Of a DNA stretch of 63,862 nt, positions 37,250 to 49,146 are shown in pieces. Location of the stretch: positions 19,406,139 through 19,470,000 of the forward strand of contig NC_088807.1 of assembly GCF_011386835.1 (NCBI RefSeq), written 5' to 3'. The DNA is from Chrysemys picta bellii. Its lineage: Eukaryota. The stretch's first letter is position 1. Every line of letters starts with the position of its first letter. A program made the translations under genes and the position numbers. Below the pieces are notes generated by a model. That model saw only the letters and a program-made list of their open reading frames with translations. It was not told where the DNA came from and searched no databases.

Positions 37250-40200
37250 TCATCTGGTCTGACCTCCTGCGTAACACACGCCGTGACAAACTCCTCGGAA
37301 ACACGAGACGGGCGCAGCCGACACCTGCCTGAGTTTGCTGGGAGCCTGAACTGGAGGGGCCGACAGCGGGTGGGTGGATCTAGAGGGCCACAGACTTTGT
37401 GTAGAAGGGAGAGGGGCAAAAATCTCCTGCCCCCACCCACCTGCGTGGAGGTGCACGGTGAATGGGCTGCCTCTCGATGACTTCTGTAGCCAGATCCCGG
37501 GCACCTGCCCCAGCAGCCCCAGCACGTCTTCATACCCTGCTTCCCGGCTCAGCGCCACCAGGTCCAGGTCGTGGTCCCGCCGCACGGCCTCCAGCAGCTT
37601 GGGCAGCCCCAGGCCCAGGGGGAAGGGGCGCAGGGTATTCCCCAGAAAGGGGGCGAGGGTGGCAGCCACACCTGGGGACAGACACACCAAGAGATCAGAA
37701 GCAGAGACACATGCAACCCTGGAGATTGCAGCCAGCTCAAACCCTAGAACCAGGAGTCCTGGTCTAACCACTAGACCCCACTCCCCTTCCCGTGGGAGGG
37801 CTAGAACCCAGGAGTCCTGGCTCCCACCCCCCCTGCTCTAACCACAAGCCCCCACTCCCCTCCCAGCACCAGGGCTAGAACCCAGGTGTCCTGGCTCCCA
37901 GCCACTCTTCCCCTGCTCTAACCACTGGACCCCACTCCCCTCCCAGCACCAGGGCTAGAACCCAGGAGCCCTGGCTCCCAACTCTGCACTTGAACCACCT
38001 CTGTCTCCCATGGATTTCCGTTTCTTCGACCGAGCAGGCTTCTTCGGCTGCTGGCGCGCCAGGTCCCCTCCTCCAGGGCGGCAGGAGGCAGAGGACCCGG
38101 GATCCGAGCGCGGGGCTGGCTGTGACTGGCTGTTGCATGGGGCTGGACTGGGGGGGCTCCCTGGGGCTGGTGCGGATTCATCTGCCAACACTAGAAAGGG
38201 GAGAAAAGTAGCAAAATTTACAGCCAAAATCGAAATCTCTGACACTGACCAGAGATAAAGCAGCAACAGGGCCACAGGATGGGTCAGACACCCCCTGGGG
38301 AAGATCAAGGCGAGATACAGCCCGTGTGCACCCACCCACTGCCCCCGCCTGCCCGCCAAACGTCCTCCTCAGCGTGCAGAATCTCAGCACTCCTCCAAAC
38401 GAAAAATGACATGTCTCACCATTTGGGCCGCAACAAACTGCTCAAAAACATGAAACAGGCACAGCCGATGCCTGCCTGAGTTTGCTGGGAGCCTGAACTG
38501 GAGGGGCCGACAGCGGGTGGGTGGATCCAGAGGGCCACAGACTTGGTGTAGAAGGGAGAGGGGCAAAAATCTCCTGCCCCCACCCACCTGCGTGGAGGTG
38601 CACGGTGTATGGGCTGCCTCTCGATGACTTGTGTAGCCAGATCCCGGGCACCTGCCCCAGCAGCCCCAGGACGTCTTCATACCCTGCTTCCCGGCTCAGC
38701 GCCACCAGGTCCAGGTCATGGTCCCGCCGCATGGCCTTCAGCAGCTTGGGCAGCCCCAGGCCCAGGGGGAAGGGGTGCAGGACATGCCCCAGAAAGGGGG
38801 CGAGGGTGGCAGCCACACCTGGGGAGAGACACCAAGCGATCAGAAGCAGAGGCACATGGGACCTACGAGATTGCAGCCAGCTCAAACCCTAGAACCTAGG
38901 AGTCCTGCTCTAACCACTAGACCCCACTCCCCTCCCAGAGCCAAGGAAAGAACCCAGGAGTCCTGGCTCCCAGCCCCTCTTCCCCATGCTTTAACCACTA
39001 GGCCCCACTCCCCTCCCAGTGCCAGGGCTAGAACCCAGGAGTCCTGGCTCCCAGGCCCCCTGCTCTAACCACTAGACCCCACTCCCCTCCCAGAGTCAGG
39101 GATAGAAGCCAGGAGTCCTGGCTCCCAGCCCCCTCTTCCTCTGCTCTAACCACTGGGCCCCACTCCTCTCCTGGTGCCAGGGATTGTACCCAGGAGTCCT
39201 GGCTCCCAACTCTGCACTTTAACCACCTCTGTCTCCCATGGATTTCCGTCTCTTTGACCGAGCAGGCTTCTTCGGCCGCTGGCGCGCCAGGTCCCCTCCT
39301 CCGGGGTGGTAGGAAGCAGAGGACCTGGGATCCGAGCACAGGACTGGCTGTGACTGGCTGCTGCATGGGGCTGGACTGGGTGGGCCCCCTGGGGCTGGTG
39401 CGGATTCATCTGCCAATGCTAGAAAGGGGAGAAAAGTAACAACCTACAGCAAAAAAAAAAAAAAAATCCCTGACGCTGACCAGAGATAAAGCAGCAACAG
39501 GGCCGCACGGTGGGTCAGTCAGAGACCCCCCGGGGGAGGAGATCAAGGCTGAGATACAGCCGGTGTGCACCCACCCACTGCCCCCGCCTGCCCGCCAAAT
39601 GTCATCCTCAGTGTGCAAAATCTCAGGACAACTCGAAATGAAAAATGAAGTGTCTCACGTTCGGGCCACGACGAACTGCTCAAAACCAGGAAAGAGGCGC
39701 AGCCGACGCCTGCCTGAGTTTGCCGGGAGCCTGAGCCCATCGCTCCAAGAGGGAGGAGGAGCCGAGTGTAAGCAGCTCAGCGTCGGTTAAACTCGGAGCA
39801 GCTCCCCCCTCCCACAACAACGAGCTCTGGCTGTGGGCAGACTCAGGCAGGCAGTTCTGAGCACGCTGTATAAGACACACACCTGCCCATGTGTAGAGGT
39901 GGAGCGCCCTCTGCTGGGCCATGAGAGCACAGCGCCGGCTATGAGGCAGGCAGCTCCTGGCCAGGGGAACACTTCCCAGCAGGAGGGGCGGTAATATTGG
40001 GATCGCTGCCATGTTTGGGGGAGGCAGGGCGGGCTGCAGGTCTGACGGGAGGGGGAAATTCACACGCCCACCAGCCCCTACCTCTCTCGAGCTGGATAAG
40101 GCACTGGGGGCCTCTCTCGGGGGTGCGCACCCGCAGCCCAGGCACCTGGGCCAGCAGCCCCAGGACGTCCGCAGTGCTCGCAGCCTGGCACAGCGTCTCC

Positions 40201-42013
40201 ACGGCGACCCCGTGCTGGTTCCTCATGAGCTCCAGCAGCTTCGCCAGCCTCAGGCCCGAGGCGAAGGCCGACAGGATGCCCTGCACCAGGGGGACAATGG
40301 CCGCAAGGCCTGGGGTGGACAGAGAGAGCACAGAGCTTGGGGTTAGGAGATTGCAGCCAGCTCAAACCCTAGAACCTACGAGTCCTGCTCTAACCACTAG
40401 ACCCCCCTCCCGTCCCAGAGCCAGGGATAGAAACCAGGAGTCCTGGCTCCCAGCCCCCTCTGCTCTAACCACTAGACCCTCCTCCCCTCCCAGAGCCAGG
40501 GAGAGAACCCAGGAGTCCTGGCTCCCAGTACCCGCCTGCTCTAACCACTAGACCCAACTCCCCTCCCAGCACCAGGAATGGAACCAAAGTCCTGGCTCCC
40601 AGCCCCCCGCTCTACCCCACTCTCCTCCCTGACCTGGGGATAGAACCCAGGAGTCCTGGCTCCTATCTCTCCGCTTTAACCACCTCTGTTTCCCATGGAT
40701 TTCCAACTCTTCGACCGAGTGGGCTTCTTCGGCTGCTGACGTGCCAGATCGCCTATTCCAGGGCAGGAGGCAGAGGACCCGGGATCCGAGCGCGCGCCTG
40801 GCTGTGACTGGCTGCTGTGTGGGGCTGGCCTGGGGGGCCCTCCTGAGGCTGGTGCGGACTCATCTGCCAACTCTACAATGGGGGCGGTGAAGGAAGAGAA
40901 TCGACAGCAAAATAAAACTCACTGACACGGAGCAGAGATAAAGCAGCAACAGGGCCACAGAGTGGATCAGAGACACTTGGGGGGAGATCAAGGCTGAGAT
41001 ATACCTGGTGTGAACCCACCCAGCACCTGAGCTGGTCCACCAAGCCTGCCAAATCTCAGCGCTCCTCAGAATGAAAAACAAAGTCACTCCCCTCCCAGAG
41101 CTGGGGAGAGAACCCAGGAGTCCTGGCTCCCAGCCCCCGCTGCTCTCACCACTAGACCCCGCTCCCCTCCCATAGCTGGGGAGAGAACCCAGGAGTCCTG
41201 CCCCCTCCCCCCACCTACTCACTTCTTGGCCCAACCGGTTCCTTGGGCCACTCGTGAGCTGGGTCCCAGTGGTCGGTGGCCCAGTGGCCGGGGGAAACGG
41301 AGCATGGGGACCCAGAAGTGGAGCACGGCCAGCTGGGAGTACCCCATGGGAGGGGATCCCGACCTGAAGTGGGGAGAGAATAAAACCCCCATTGGGGCAC
41401 AAAACCAACTGGGGGGCAGATGGGAAGAGCCTGGGGGCAGGGGATAGAGGGCTGGGGATCCTGCCCATGCATTCCCCATGAACCCCAACCCCATGGGAAT
41501 GACAGAGAACAGGTCCTGGGGGGAGGGGCAGTGCAGCCACCCCAGGACAGACAGATGGACGGGCAGAGGGTCTGTGACACCTGGGACAGAAACAGAGATC
41601 AAAGCCACGGATGCACCAGGCCCCATAGCTCCCCCAACCCCTAACGCTCCCCCCAGGCCTACAAAAACCCTCCACTCCCCCTCTTTGCCCCCAGCCCACT
41701 CCATCCCAACCCCCCAATGCTACCCTAAACCCTCCTCACCCCCTCCCCTACTCCTTCTTGCCCCATCACCCCCCCCACACACAGACCCTTCTCCCACACC
41801 ACCCTCCCAACCCAAGCAGGGCAAAGGGGTGCTCCCCCCCACCATACCAGCTGGCTCCAGGGACTCCCACTCCATGGGGGTCTCTGTCTGGGGTGGGGAG
41901 CGGCGAGGTCTCTTCCTAGCAGGGGAGTACCCCTCCCTGGCCAACGTGTCCCTGTCCGAGCCCAGCTCCGGGGAACCGGCAGCCACCACCACCACCTCGA
42001 GCCAGGGCTCCAT
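37250..42013 (-). CDS. Gene B: uncharacterised protein with three LOTUS (OST-HTH) domains alternating with basic/Pro-rich linker exons; ~540 aa
   Basis: Kozak GGCACC-ATG-G at 42013. Exons 42013-41848, 41408-41223, 40872-40684, 40309-40082*, 39418-39227, 38818-38588*, 38190-37999, 37671-37441*; all internal exons are phase 1-1 and stop-free (*=LOTUS). The last exon 37266-37250 (GGQTR*) is tentative. AATAAA (minus) at 36826-36831. Confidence 0.7.
37441..37671 (-). CDS. LOTUS/OST-HTH exon, gene B (77 codons)
   Basis: tccccag|...|gtgggt. FLGNTLRPFPLGLGLPKLLEAVRRDHDLDLVALSREAGYEDVLGLLGQVPGIWL. Confidence 0.82.
38588..38818 (-). CDS. LOTUS/OST-HTH exon, gene B (77 codons; duplicate of 37441-37671)
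   Basis: Same splice sites; 7 aa differences from 37441-37671. Confidence 0.82.
40082..40309 (-). CDS. LOTUS/OST-HTH exon, gene B (76 codons)
   Basis: accccag|...|gtaggg. LVQGILSAFASGLRLAKLLELMRNQHGVAVETLCQAASTADVLGLLAQVPGLRV. Confidence 0.78.
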
Positions 42014-42334
42014 GGTGCCCAGCCGGGACCTCAGGCAGCCCTGGGTGCAGCCCACCTGTGAGGGGAGAGCTAGTGAGCCAGAGACAGAACCCAGGAGTCC
42101 TGGCTCCCAGCCCCTCCCCTGCTCTAACCCACTAGACCCCACTCCCCTCCCAGAGCCAGGAAAGAACCCAGGAGTCCTGGCTCTCAGCCCCTCCCCTGCT
42201 CTAACCCACTAGACCCCACTCCCCTCCCAGAGCCAGGAAAGAACCCAGGAGTGCTGGCTTCCTTTGGACAGACCCAAATAAATGAGCTCCCAGGACAGAC
42301 ACCAAAACCAGAAGCCCCTCACCTAGGGGTCCCC

Positions 42335-42378
42335 TTTATACCTTAATCCCTTATGGGGCGGGACCCAAGGGAGCCAAT
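42335..42378 (-). promoter_or_regulatory. Candidate core promoter of gene B (CCAAT, GC box, TATAAA)
   Basis: On the minus strand: ATTGG (42374-42378), CCCGCCCC (42355-42362), TATAAA (42335-42340), ~320 nt upstream of the Kozak ATG. Confidence 0.45.
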
Positions 42379-43019
42379 CAGGAGACACCCTCTGGTCACT
42401 GAAGCCGGGACCTGAGGAGCAGGCCTTGCCATTGGCTGGTGCTCAGAGCCAATCCCTTGTGCCTTCTGGGAGTTCCAGACCCACCCCATTTTCTAGGCCT
42501 GGGGCGAGGGAGGGGAGCATTGCTGGGGGGGGAGAGGGAGACACTTGTTGGTCAGTTAAGATGTGAGGAGGCATTTTTTTGGGGGGGTCACTGAGGGGGA
42601 GGTTTACAGGCCTCCTGTGTGGGGGAGGGGTCCCTCAGTGGGGATACTTTATGGGGTATCAGGTATTTGGAGGTCAGGGAGTATGTGAATGGCTCCCCTG
42701 AGAGAGGGCATGGGGGGGCCAAAGAGAACAGTGTCAGTCTCTGTCATAACTATAAAGGGAAGGGTAACAGCCCTCCTGTGTACCATACTATAATCCCTCC
42801 TGGCCAGAGACTCCAAAATCCTGTTACCTGTAAAGGGTTAAGAAGCTCAGGTAACCTGGCTGACACCTGACCCAAAGGACCAATAAGGGGACAAGATACT
42901 TTCAAATCTTGGTGAGGGGAAGGCTTTTGTTTGTGCTCTTTGCTTGGGAAGTTGTTCGCTCTTGGGACTAAGAGGGACCAGACATCAATCCAGGCTCTCC
43001 AAATCTTTCTGAACAAGTC

Positions 43020-43592
43020 TGTGGCCCGCCCTAAAGGGCTGGAGGGGACAACAATGGTCCGTCGCCCGGTGTGCTTGGCACCAATAAAGACACCGAGGGG
43101 AGAAAGCCAAGTTTATTTCCGAGCTCTGAAATGGCACTAGGAGACCAGCATGTCTCAAATCCAGTGCAGCAAATACAAACAACTTTTACCTTTTATACTC
43201 CAAACTGTTTGCGTACATCTCTTTGTCTGGCTGTTCCCCCTTCCCCCTCCCTTCCAGACAATTGGTACAATAAGCTCTACATAAGCTTGTGAGAAAACTT
43301 TCTCAGTCTTTGCGACCTTGAGTTAGACATCTGCAGACTAACTACCCCGCTTCTTATCTCTATTATTTCTGCTAGTGTGAGTGAACCTGCAGCCATCTGC
43401 TAAAAACGCTGACCAATACATTTCTGCTTCAGCCTACTTCAGAGCATGTAAACAGTGAGCAGAGAAGTAGGTGAGAGTTCCCAAGATGGAGTTTGGGGGT
43501 TCAGACAGGCCCAGAGCAAAAGAGCTTCATCGGCACTTGTGGCCTTCCACTCTCCCGAGTTACCTGGTAGCTATGCCTAGTGGACCCCAACA
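43020..43592 (-). mobile_element. Solo ERV LTR nested in the Gypsy LTR
   Basis: TG...CA ends (minus strand TGTTGGGGTCCAC...) with a 4-bp TSD AGTC (43016-43019, 43593-43596). TATAAAA and AATAAA on the minus strand. Confidence 0.8.
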
Positions 43593-43607
43593 AGTCTCTC
43601 CTATTTC

Positions 43608-43720
43608 AAAAAGAAGAACAGGAGTACTTGTGGCACCTTAGAGACTGGTGCCACAAGTACTCCTGTTCTTCTTTTTGCGGATACAGACTAACACGGCTGT
43701 TACTCTGAAACCTGTCATAT
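43608..43720. mobile_element. Penelope-like terminal remnant with a perfect 30-bp inverted repeat
   Basis: AAAAAGAAGAACAGGAGTACTTGTGGCACC (43608-43637) / exact reverse complement 43647-43676, 9-nt loop. Confidence 0.7.
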
Positions 43721-44178
43721 TTCAAACTTGTAAGTACAGCCAGGCAAGGCGTGGTAGTTTTATCTTTGTTTTCTCAACTTGTAAATGTACCTTTTACTAG
43801 GGTGTTTACCTCTGTTTGCTGTAACTTTGAACCTAAGGCTAGAGGGGGTTCCTCTGGGCTCTTTAAGTTGGATTACCCTGTAAAATTATTTTCCATCCTG
43901 ATTTTACAGAGATGATTTTTACTTTTTTCTTTAATTAAAAGCCTTCTTTTTAAGAACCTGATTGATTTTTCTTGTTTTAGATCCAAGGGGGTTGGATCTG
44001 TATTCACCAGGAGTTGGTGGGAGGAAGGAGGGGAATGGTTAATTTCTCCTTGTTTTAAGATCCAAGGGGTTTGGATCTGTATTCACCAGGGAATTGGTGA
44101 AAGGTTTCTCAAGGCTTCCCAGGGAAGGGAATTAGCATTTTGGGAGTGGTGGCAGCAGACCAGATCTAAGCTGGTAGA

Positions 44179-44729
44179 TAGGGTTACCACACGTCCGGAT
44201 TTTCCCGGACATGTCTGGCTTTTTGGGCTCCAAATCCCCGTCCGGGGGGAAATCCCAAAAAGCCGGACCTGTCCGGGAAAATCGGGACATGCGGTGCCGG
44301 GCTGGGGGCTCGGGGGCCCGGCCAGTGGTGCTGGGCCGGGCCGGGGGCTCAGGGGCCGGGCCGGGGGCTCGGGGGCCGGGCCGGCGGTGCCGGGCCGGGG
44401 GCTCGGGGGCCGGGCCGGCGGTGCCGGGCCGGGGGCTCGGGGGCTCGGCCGGCGGTGCCGGGCCGGGCCGGGGGCTCGGGGGACGGGCCAGCGGTGCCGG
44501 GGGCCAGGCTGGGGACCGGCGGTGCGGTGCCGGGGGTGGGGCGCGCCTCCTCCCCCCACGCCCCCCCTTACCTGCTTCAGGCTTCCCGCGACTCAAATGT
44601 TCGCAGGAAGCAGGGGAGGGGGCGGAGACTTTGGGGAGGGGGCGGAGTTGGGGCGTGGGCAGGGCTGGGGGCGGGGCCGGGGCCCCGTGGAGTGTCCTCC
44701 TTTCGGAGGCACTAAATATGGTAACCCTA
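44179..44729. mobile_element. hAT-like non-autonomous element with an internal GC-rich minisatellite
   Basis: TIRs TAGGGTTACCA / TGGTAACCCTA; internal GGGCCGGGGGCTCGGGGGCC repeats. No clean 8-bp TSD. Confidence 0.7.
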
Positions 44730-45518
44730 GCTTAGAAGTTTTCATGCAGGCCCCCACATTTGTACCCTAAAGTTCAGAGTGGGGAAGGAGCCTTGACAGT
44801 CTCCTTGGCAGGGGTCCTTTGAGGGGGATCTTGGGGGGGGACACTGAGGGGACATATGGGGGTGTCGGGGCCATTGGGGGCCCTGTGCTCCCAGAGTAGC
44901 AGCTATGAAGGGAGATGACAGGCATAGGGAGCTGGGGGATGTCGCAGCAGGCCGTGGTCCTGGCAGTGCCAGGGTAAAGGACGACTGTAGGCTGGGAAGT
45001 ACGGGCAGAGTTAAGGCCTTAAAGGATGCCTTGCTCCAGGGGGATCCAGGCCAATCGTACAATCTGGGCTCAGAGATTGGTCTGCACAACTTGGAAAGGG
45101 GGGGCAGGGGAGGGGTCACAGAACAAGCCAATTCTGCTGGGGGAGAGGGGCACAGCTATGCCCCCCGCTGAGGCGATGTGGGTCCTGGGCCTGTTTGGGG
45201 CTCTGCTGGACGGGAGCAGATCAAGTGGAGGGGGTGGCCTGGATTTTAACTCTCTGTGCCCCAGGACCCAGAGGCTGCAGTTTAGGGAGCCATGTCTGCA
45301 AGGCACCCTTGACTCGGTGTGAACCAAGTTGGTGGGGGGAACGGGGACTAGTCATGAGATGCTGAATGGGCCAGAGATGGTCACTGTACCCCTCAGCTCT
45401 GATCCTGCACTTTTCCATAGTGAATCTCCCATTTTTCCAGATGGGGAAACTGAGGCACAGGAGAGGGAATGGGGAAGCAACCTGTCCAGGGTCCCCCAGC
45501 AGGCCCAAACCAGGAAGA

Positions 45519-45561
<43 letters not shown>

Positions 45562-47051
45562 CGCTCTAACCACTAGGCCATACCACCCCCTGCGGAACAG
45601 CAGCTCCTCTTTGAGCCACGAGGACAACACAATAGGAAAGGTGTCAAATTGAAAACTGGGCACAGGAAAGTCTCACACCTACACACTCTCTCTCTCTCTC
45701 TCTGCCTGTGGAACTACCCGCCACAAGGAACAAGCTGGGCCGAAGTCAGAAATGCGGCTTTATTTATTTTCGGGGTGGGGGCATTGTCCTGTTTCAAACG
45801 AAAAGGAGAAAATCCTACATTCCTGGCGGTCGTGGTGGCTCCCTGGACCTGACCCAGCACAGCCCAGATTTGCAGCAGCAGGCGGCGGCAAGGTTCCCTG
45901 CCCAGCCTCACAGCCGCCCTGAATTCATTCCTGGTTGAAGCAGAGCCGATCTTTTCGCCAGACCAGCCCGTCTTGATTTGCAAATGGCCAGCCACCGAGA
46001 ATCCACCCCAGCTCCGGCTATACTGATCCACCAGTTCATTCCCCTCCCTGTTAAAAATGATTGTGATGGGGGTGGTGAAAGGGACCAGGGAAGTGTTATT
46101 TACCTCTCACATCACACACCACCCAGGGGCCAGCCGATGAAATGGACAGGCAGCAGGTTTAAAAATGAACCTAAGGAAGAGATTCTTCATCCAACTCCCA
46201 GTTAACCTCAGGGTGCCGGAACAGGGGGTGACAGGGGGCCACGGGCCTCCCAGTTTTTGAGGGTGAGCGACAGGGGGAGGGGGCAGAGAGGAGCAAATGG
46301 GGGGTGGAGTCTTGGGGGGAAGAGGTGGCACAGGGGCAGGGCCTCAGGGGAAGGGGCAGGGCCTTGGGGAGAAGGGGTGGTGTGGTGTGGAGGTTGAGGC
46401 ACAGTTCTGGCACTGAGGCCCCTGCCTTTTTTAGGGCACTCTCCCCCTGCTCCTAGTTAACCTGTGGAACTCACTGCCAGAGGATGCTGTGAAGGCCAAT
46501 AGGACAACTGAGTTCAAAAAAAGAATTTGAACAGTTCATAGAAGATTTGTCTGGCTTCAGCCTCTACCTTGTTGGACCTTTGTCTGCTAAATCTTGTGAA
46601 ACGGCCAGGCCCTGCGTAGGCACTTACAGCTGGAGACTCTCACCAGCTGGCAGATTTTTATTTCCCCTCGATTTCACTACACCCTGCTCAGTTCACTTTC
46701 AGCCAGCCCGTTCCAAAGGAACCAGAGACTACCAGGAGTCCGGCAGTCACTGAAAGCTGGGACAGATGGTTACGCCTTCCTACCGGGTGTATTTCGCCCC
46801 CCTCCCCAACTCCCGCTGCCACAGCTACACCCAACCCAGCTAAGATGCTGCCTGTACCGGCTCAGATGATCCCAGAGTGCCAACGTGGTTGGGTTTTCCC
46901 CCTTGCATTAAAGATGGAGAACGGCATTCAGGCCACATACACAACAGACTGTCCAGGCCCCTGGGTGTTAAAGAGCGGTCGGACAGTCATTGATAGGTCC
47001 AAAAATCTGAACATCCCATGGACTGCACCACCCCAACGAACAGATCTAAGG

Positions 47052-47238
47052 GGGAAGGGATAGCTCAGTGGTTTGAGCATTGGCCTGCTAAACCCAGGGT
47101 TGTGAGCTCAATCCTTGAGGGGGGCCATTTAGGGATCTGGGGCAAAAAGCTGTTTGGGGATTGGTCCTGCTTTGAGCAGGGGGTTGGACTAGATGATCTC
47201 CTGAGGTCTCTTCCAACCCTGATATTGTATGATTCTAT
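47052..47238 (+). mobile_element. Tortoise PolIII/Cry-type tRNA-derived SINE
   Basis: tRNA-like head with A box (TAGCTCAGTGG) and B box (GAGCTCAATCC), then a CR1-like 3' tail ending TGATTCTAT. Confidence 0.88.
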
Positions 47239-49146
47239 ACAAAACCTTCCCCATCTGAACCTCACACTAATTTCTGATTAGATCTGGGACAACGATCGGG
47301 GGAGAGTTAGTTCCCTGGTAGCTCAGAAAATTGTAGTTTAGGCCAAGTGACTTTGCCCTGCTAGGTTCCAGAGCAGGGATTTTGAGCTTTTTAAATTTGC
47401 AGACCCCTAAGAAGATGTCAAATAGAGAAGCTGACCCCTTGGGAAATCTTAGGCAGAGTCTGGGAACCACCAGGGGGCTGCGGATTGGAGGTTACAAACC
47501 ACTTGTCTCAATCCCCTAAGCCTGGGGCGGCTGCTCTAAAGAGCAGGGTTTTCCATCACGTCATGCATTCCCTGCCCCACTCCACGATGAGAGAAAAAAT
47601 GGCTGCACCAGCAAACAAAAACAAACCCAGGCTGTGAGACTTGCAGCTGCTTGCTGTGTAGACGTCACCTTAGAGCCAGGCTGAGAACGAGCTTGATGGA
47701 TGAGGATCCCACTTCTCACACCATTTGGCACTCAACTATCTCTGAAGCAGCCGGCGTCTCCCTTAGTTGGAGAAGTTGCTCGAGGGAACTCGGTACTGAG
47801 TCAACCCAGTCATCTCCCTGCAGCACACGCTGCCCCAGCGGGCTACGTGAAGGAGCCTGCAGTGATGACTTAGCCTTGCTGGGTTCTAGGTTCTGCAAGC
47901 CAAGGGTCACTCTGCTCTAGCACCTTTAAGAGGCGATTTCCCCACCAGCTCATGGATTTTCCCCTCTGTGATGGGAAAAATGCTGCAGAAAGGAGCAGAT
48001 CATTCAGGAAGCAAATTTTATTGAGAGAACAGCTGGAGATTCATTAAATAAAATATGAGAGGATTCCCCCAGAGGGGTGCGAAAATAAATATTTAAATAA
48101 CATTTTTTCTTTGCTCAGGGCAATGATATGGCTCCGGAGTGGCCACAGACCCTCTCCCGCCAGCCCCCCATAACACTGGGCATGTGCATGCCCCCACCAA
48201 AACAGGGTGGGGGCTAGATCCCCAGAGAATGGAGGGGGTTCTAGATTCCCCAGCCCACAACAAAATGGAGCACACTCTAGATTCTCCACCAGAATCAGTG
48301 CTACATTCCTCAGGCCTCCACATAACTGAGGGGGTTCTAGATTCATCAAAGTGGGACAGGTTCTAGATCCCACCATGTCCTGACCAAATGGAGTGTGTTC
48401 CAGATGCCCCACACCACAATCTAGCCGGTTCTAGATTCCCAGCCCTCCCTCACCACGTGGAATGGGTTCTAGACCCTCCTTTCCCAAACCAAGCGAGTTC
48501 TAGATTCAACAGATTCCCCCAACTGGTGGAGAAGGTTCCAGTTTTCCCACCATGCTGGGGTGGGTTCTAGATCTGCCCCAGCCCCTACTAAAAAAGAGGG
48601 TGGGTTCTGGATCCATCCCAGATGGCTGAATCCCAGAAAGACCCCAGCTTTAAGGGAAGGAGTAAATGTTTCTATGTACTTTCTGCTAGTGAATCCACCT
48701 CTCAGTCAGACCAGTGCTACTGGGAGGGAACTGGCTGCCTCACTTGGAGACAGCTGCCTTCCACCTCTAGGGGGCACTGGAGCCAATCCAGCCCCACACT
48801 GGGGTGCTGCAAGGATATGGGCCATCCACCTACATTCAAACTGGCCCGCTGACATCATGAAGACTCCACCCAACCCCACATCAACCCCTGGGCCCCTTCT
48901 CCTCACCATTTCCCCTTCCCCGCCTGCTCCAGATCCGCTCTCAGCTGGCGATGCGGAAGCCGGGGCAGAATCCGGCTCCCTCTCCCCTAGCAGGAGAGAT
49001 GCTTTTCTAACACGTGGGTGCTTGTCCTACAATCTCCCTCCTATCCAGCCTGACCTAGCCTATTGTGTTGTCCCCACCCATGTCAATTTCACACACACCC
49101 CTCCACGCCAATTTCACACAGACATGGTCAACTCACAATGCCCACC

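Larger units (their letters stand above)
42742..44798 (+). mobile_element. Solo Gypsy-type LTR carrying three nested insertions
   Basis: TGTCATAAC...CCTTGACA with a 5-bp TSD GTCTC (42737-42741, 44799-44803). Confidence 0.88.

Noticed and set aside
44083-44770. Several 150-175-aa Gly/Pro/Arg-rich ORFs on both strands
   Set aside because: They come from the GC-rich minisatellite inside a hAT element; no domain signal.
47052-47125. tRNA gene
   Set aside because: The tRNA-like head continues into a CR1-derived tail, so it is a SINE and not a tRNA.
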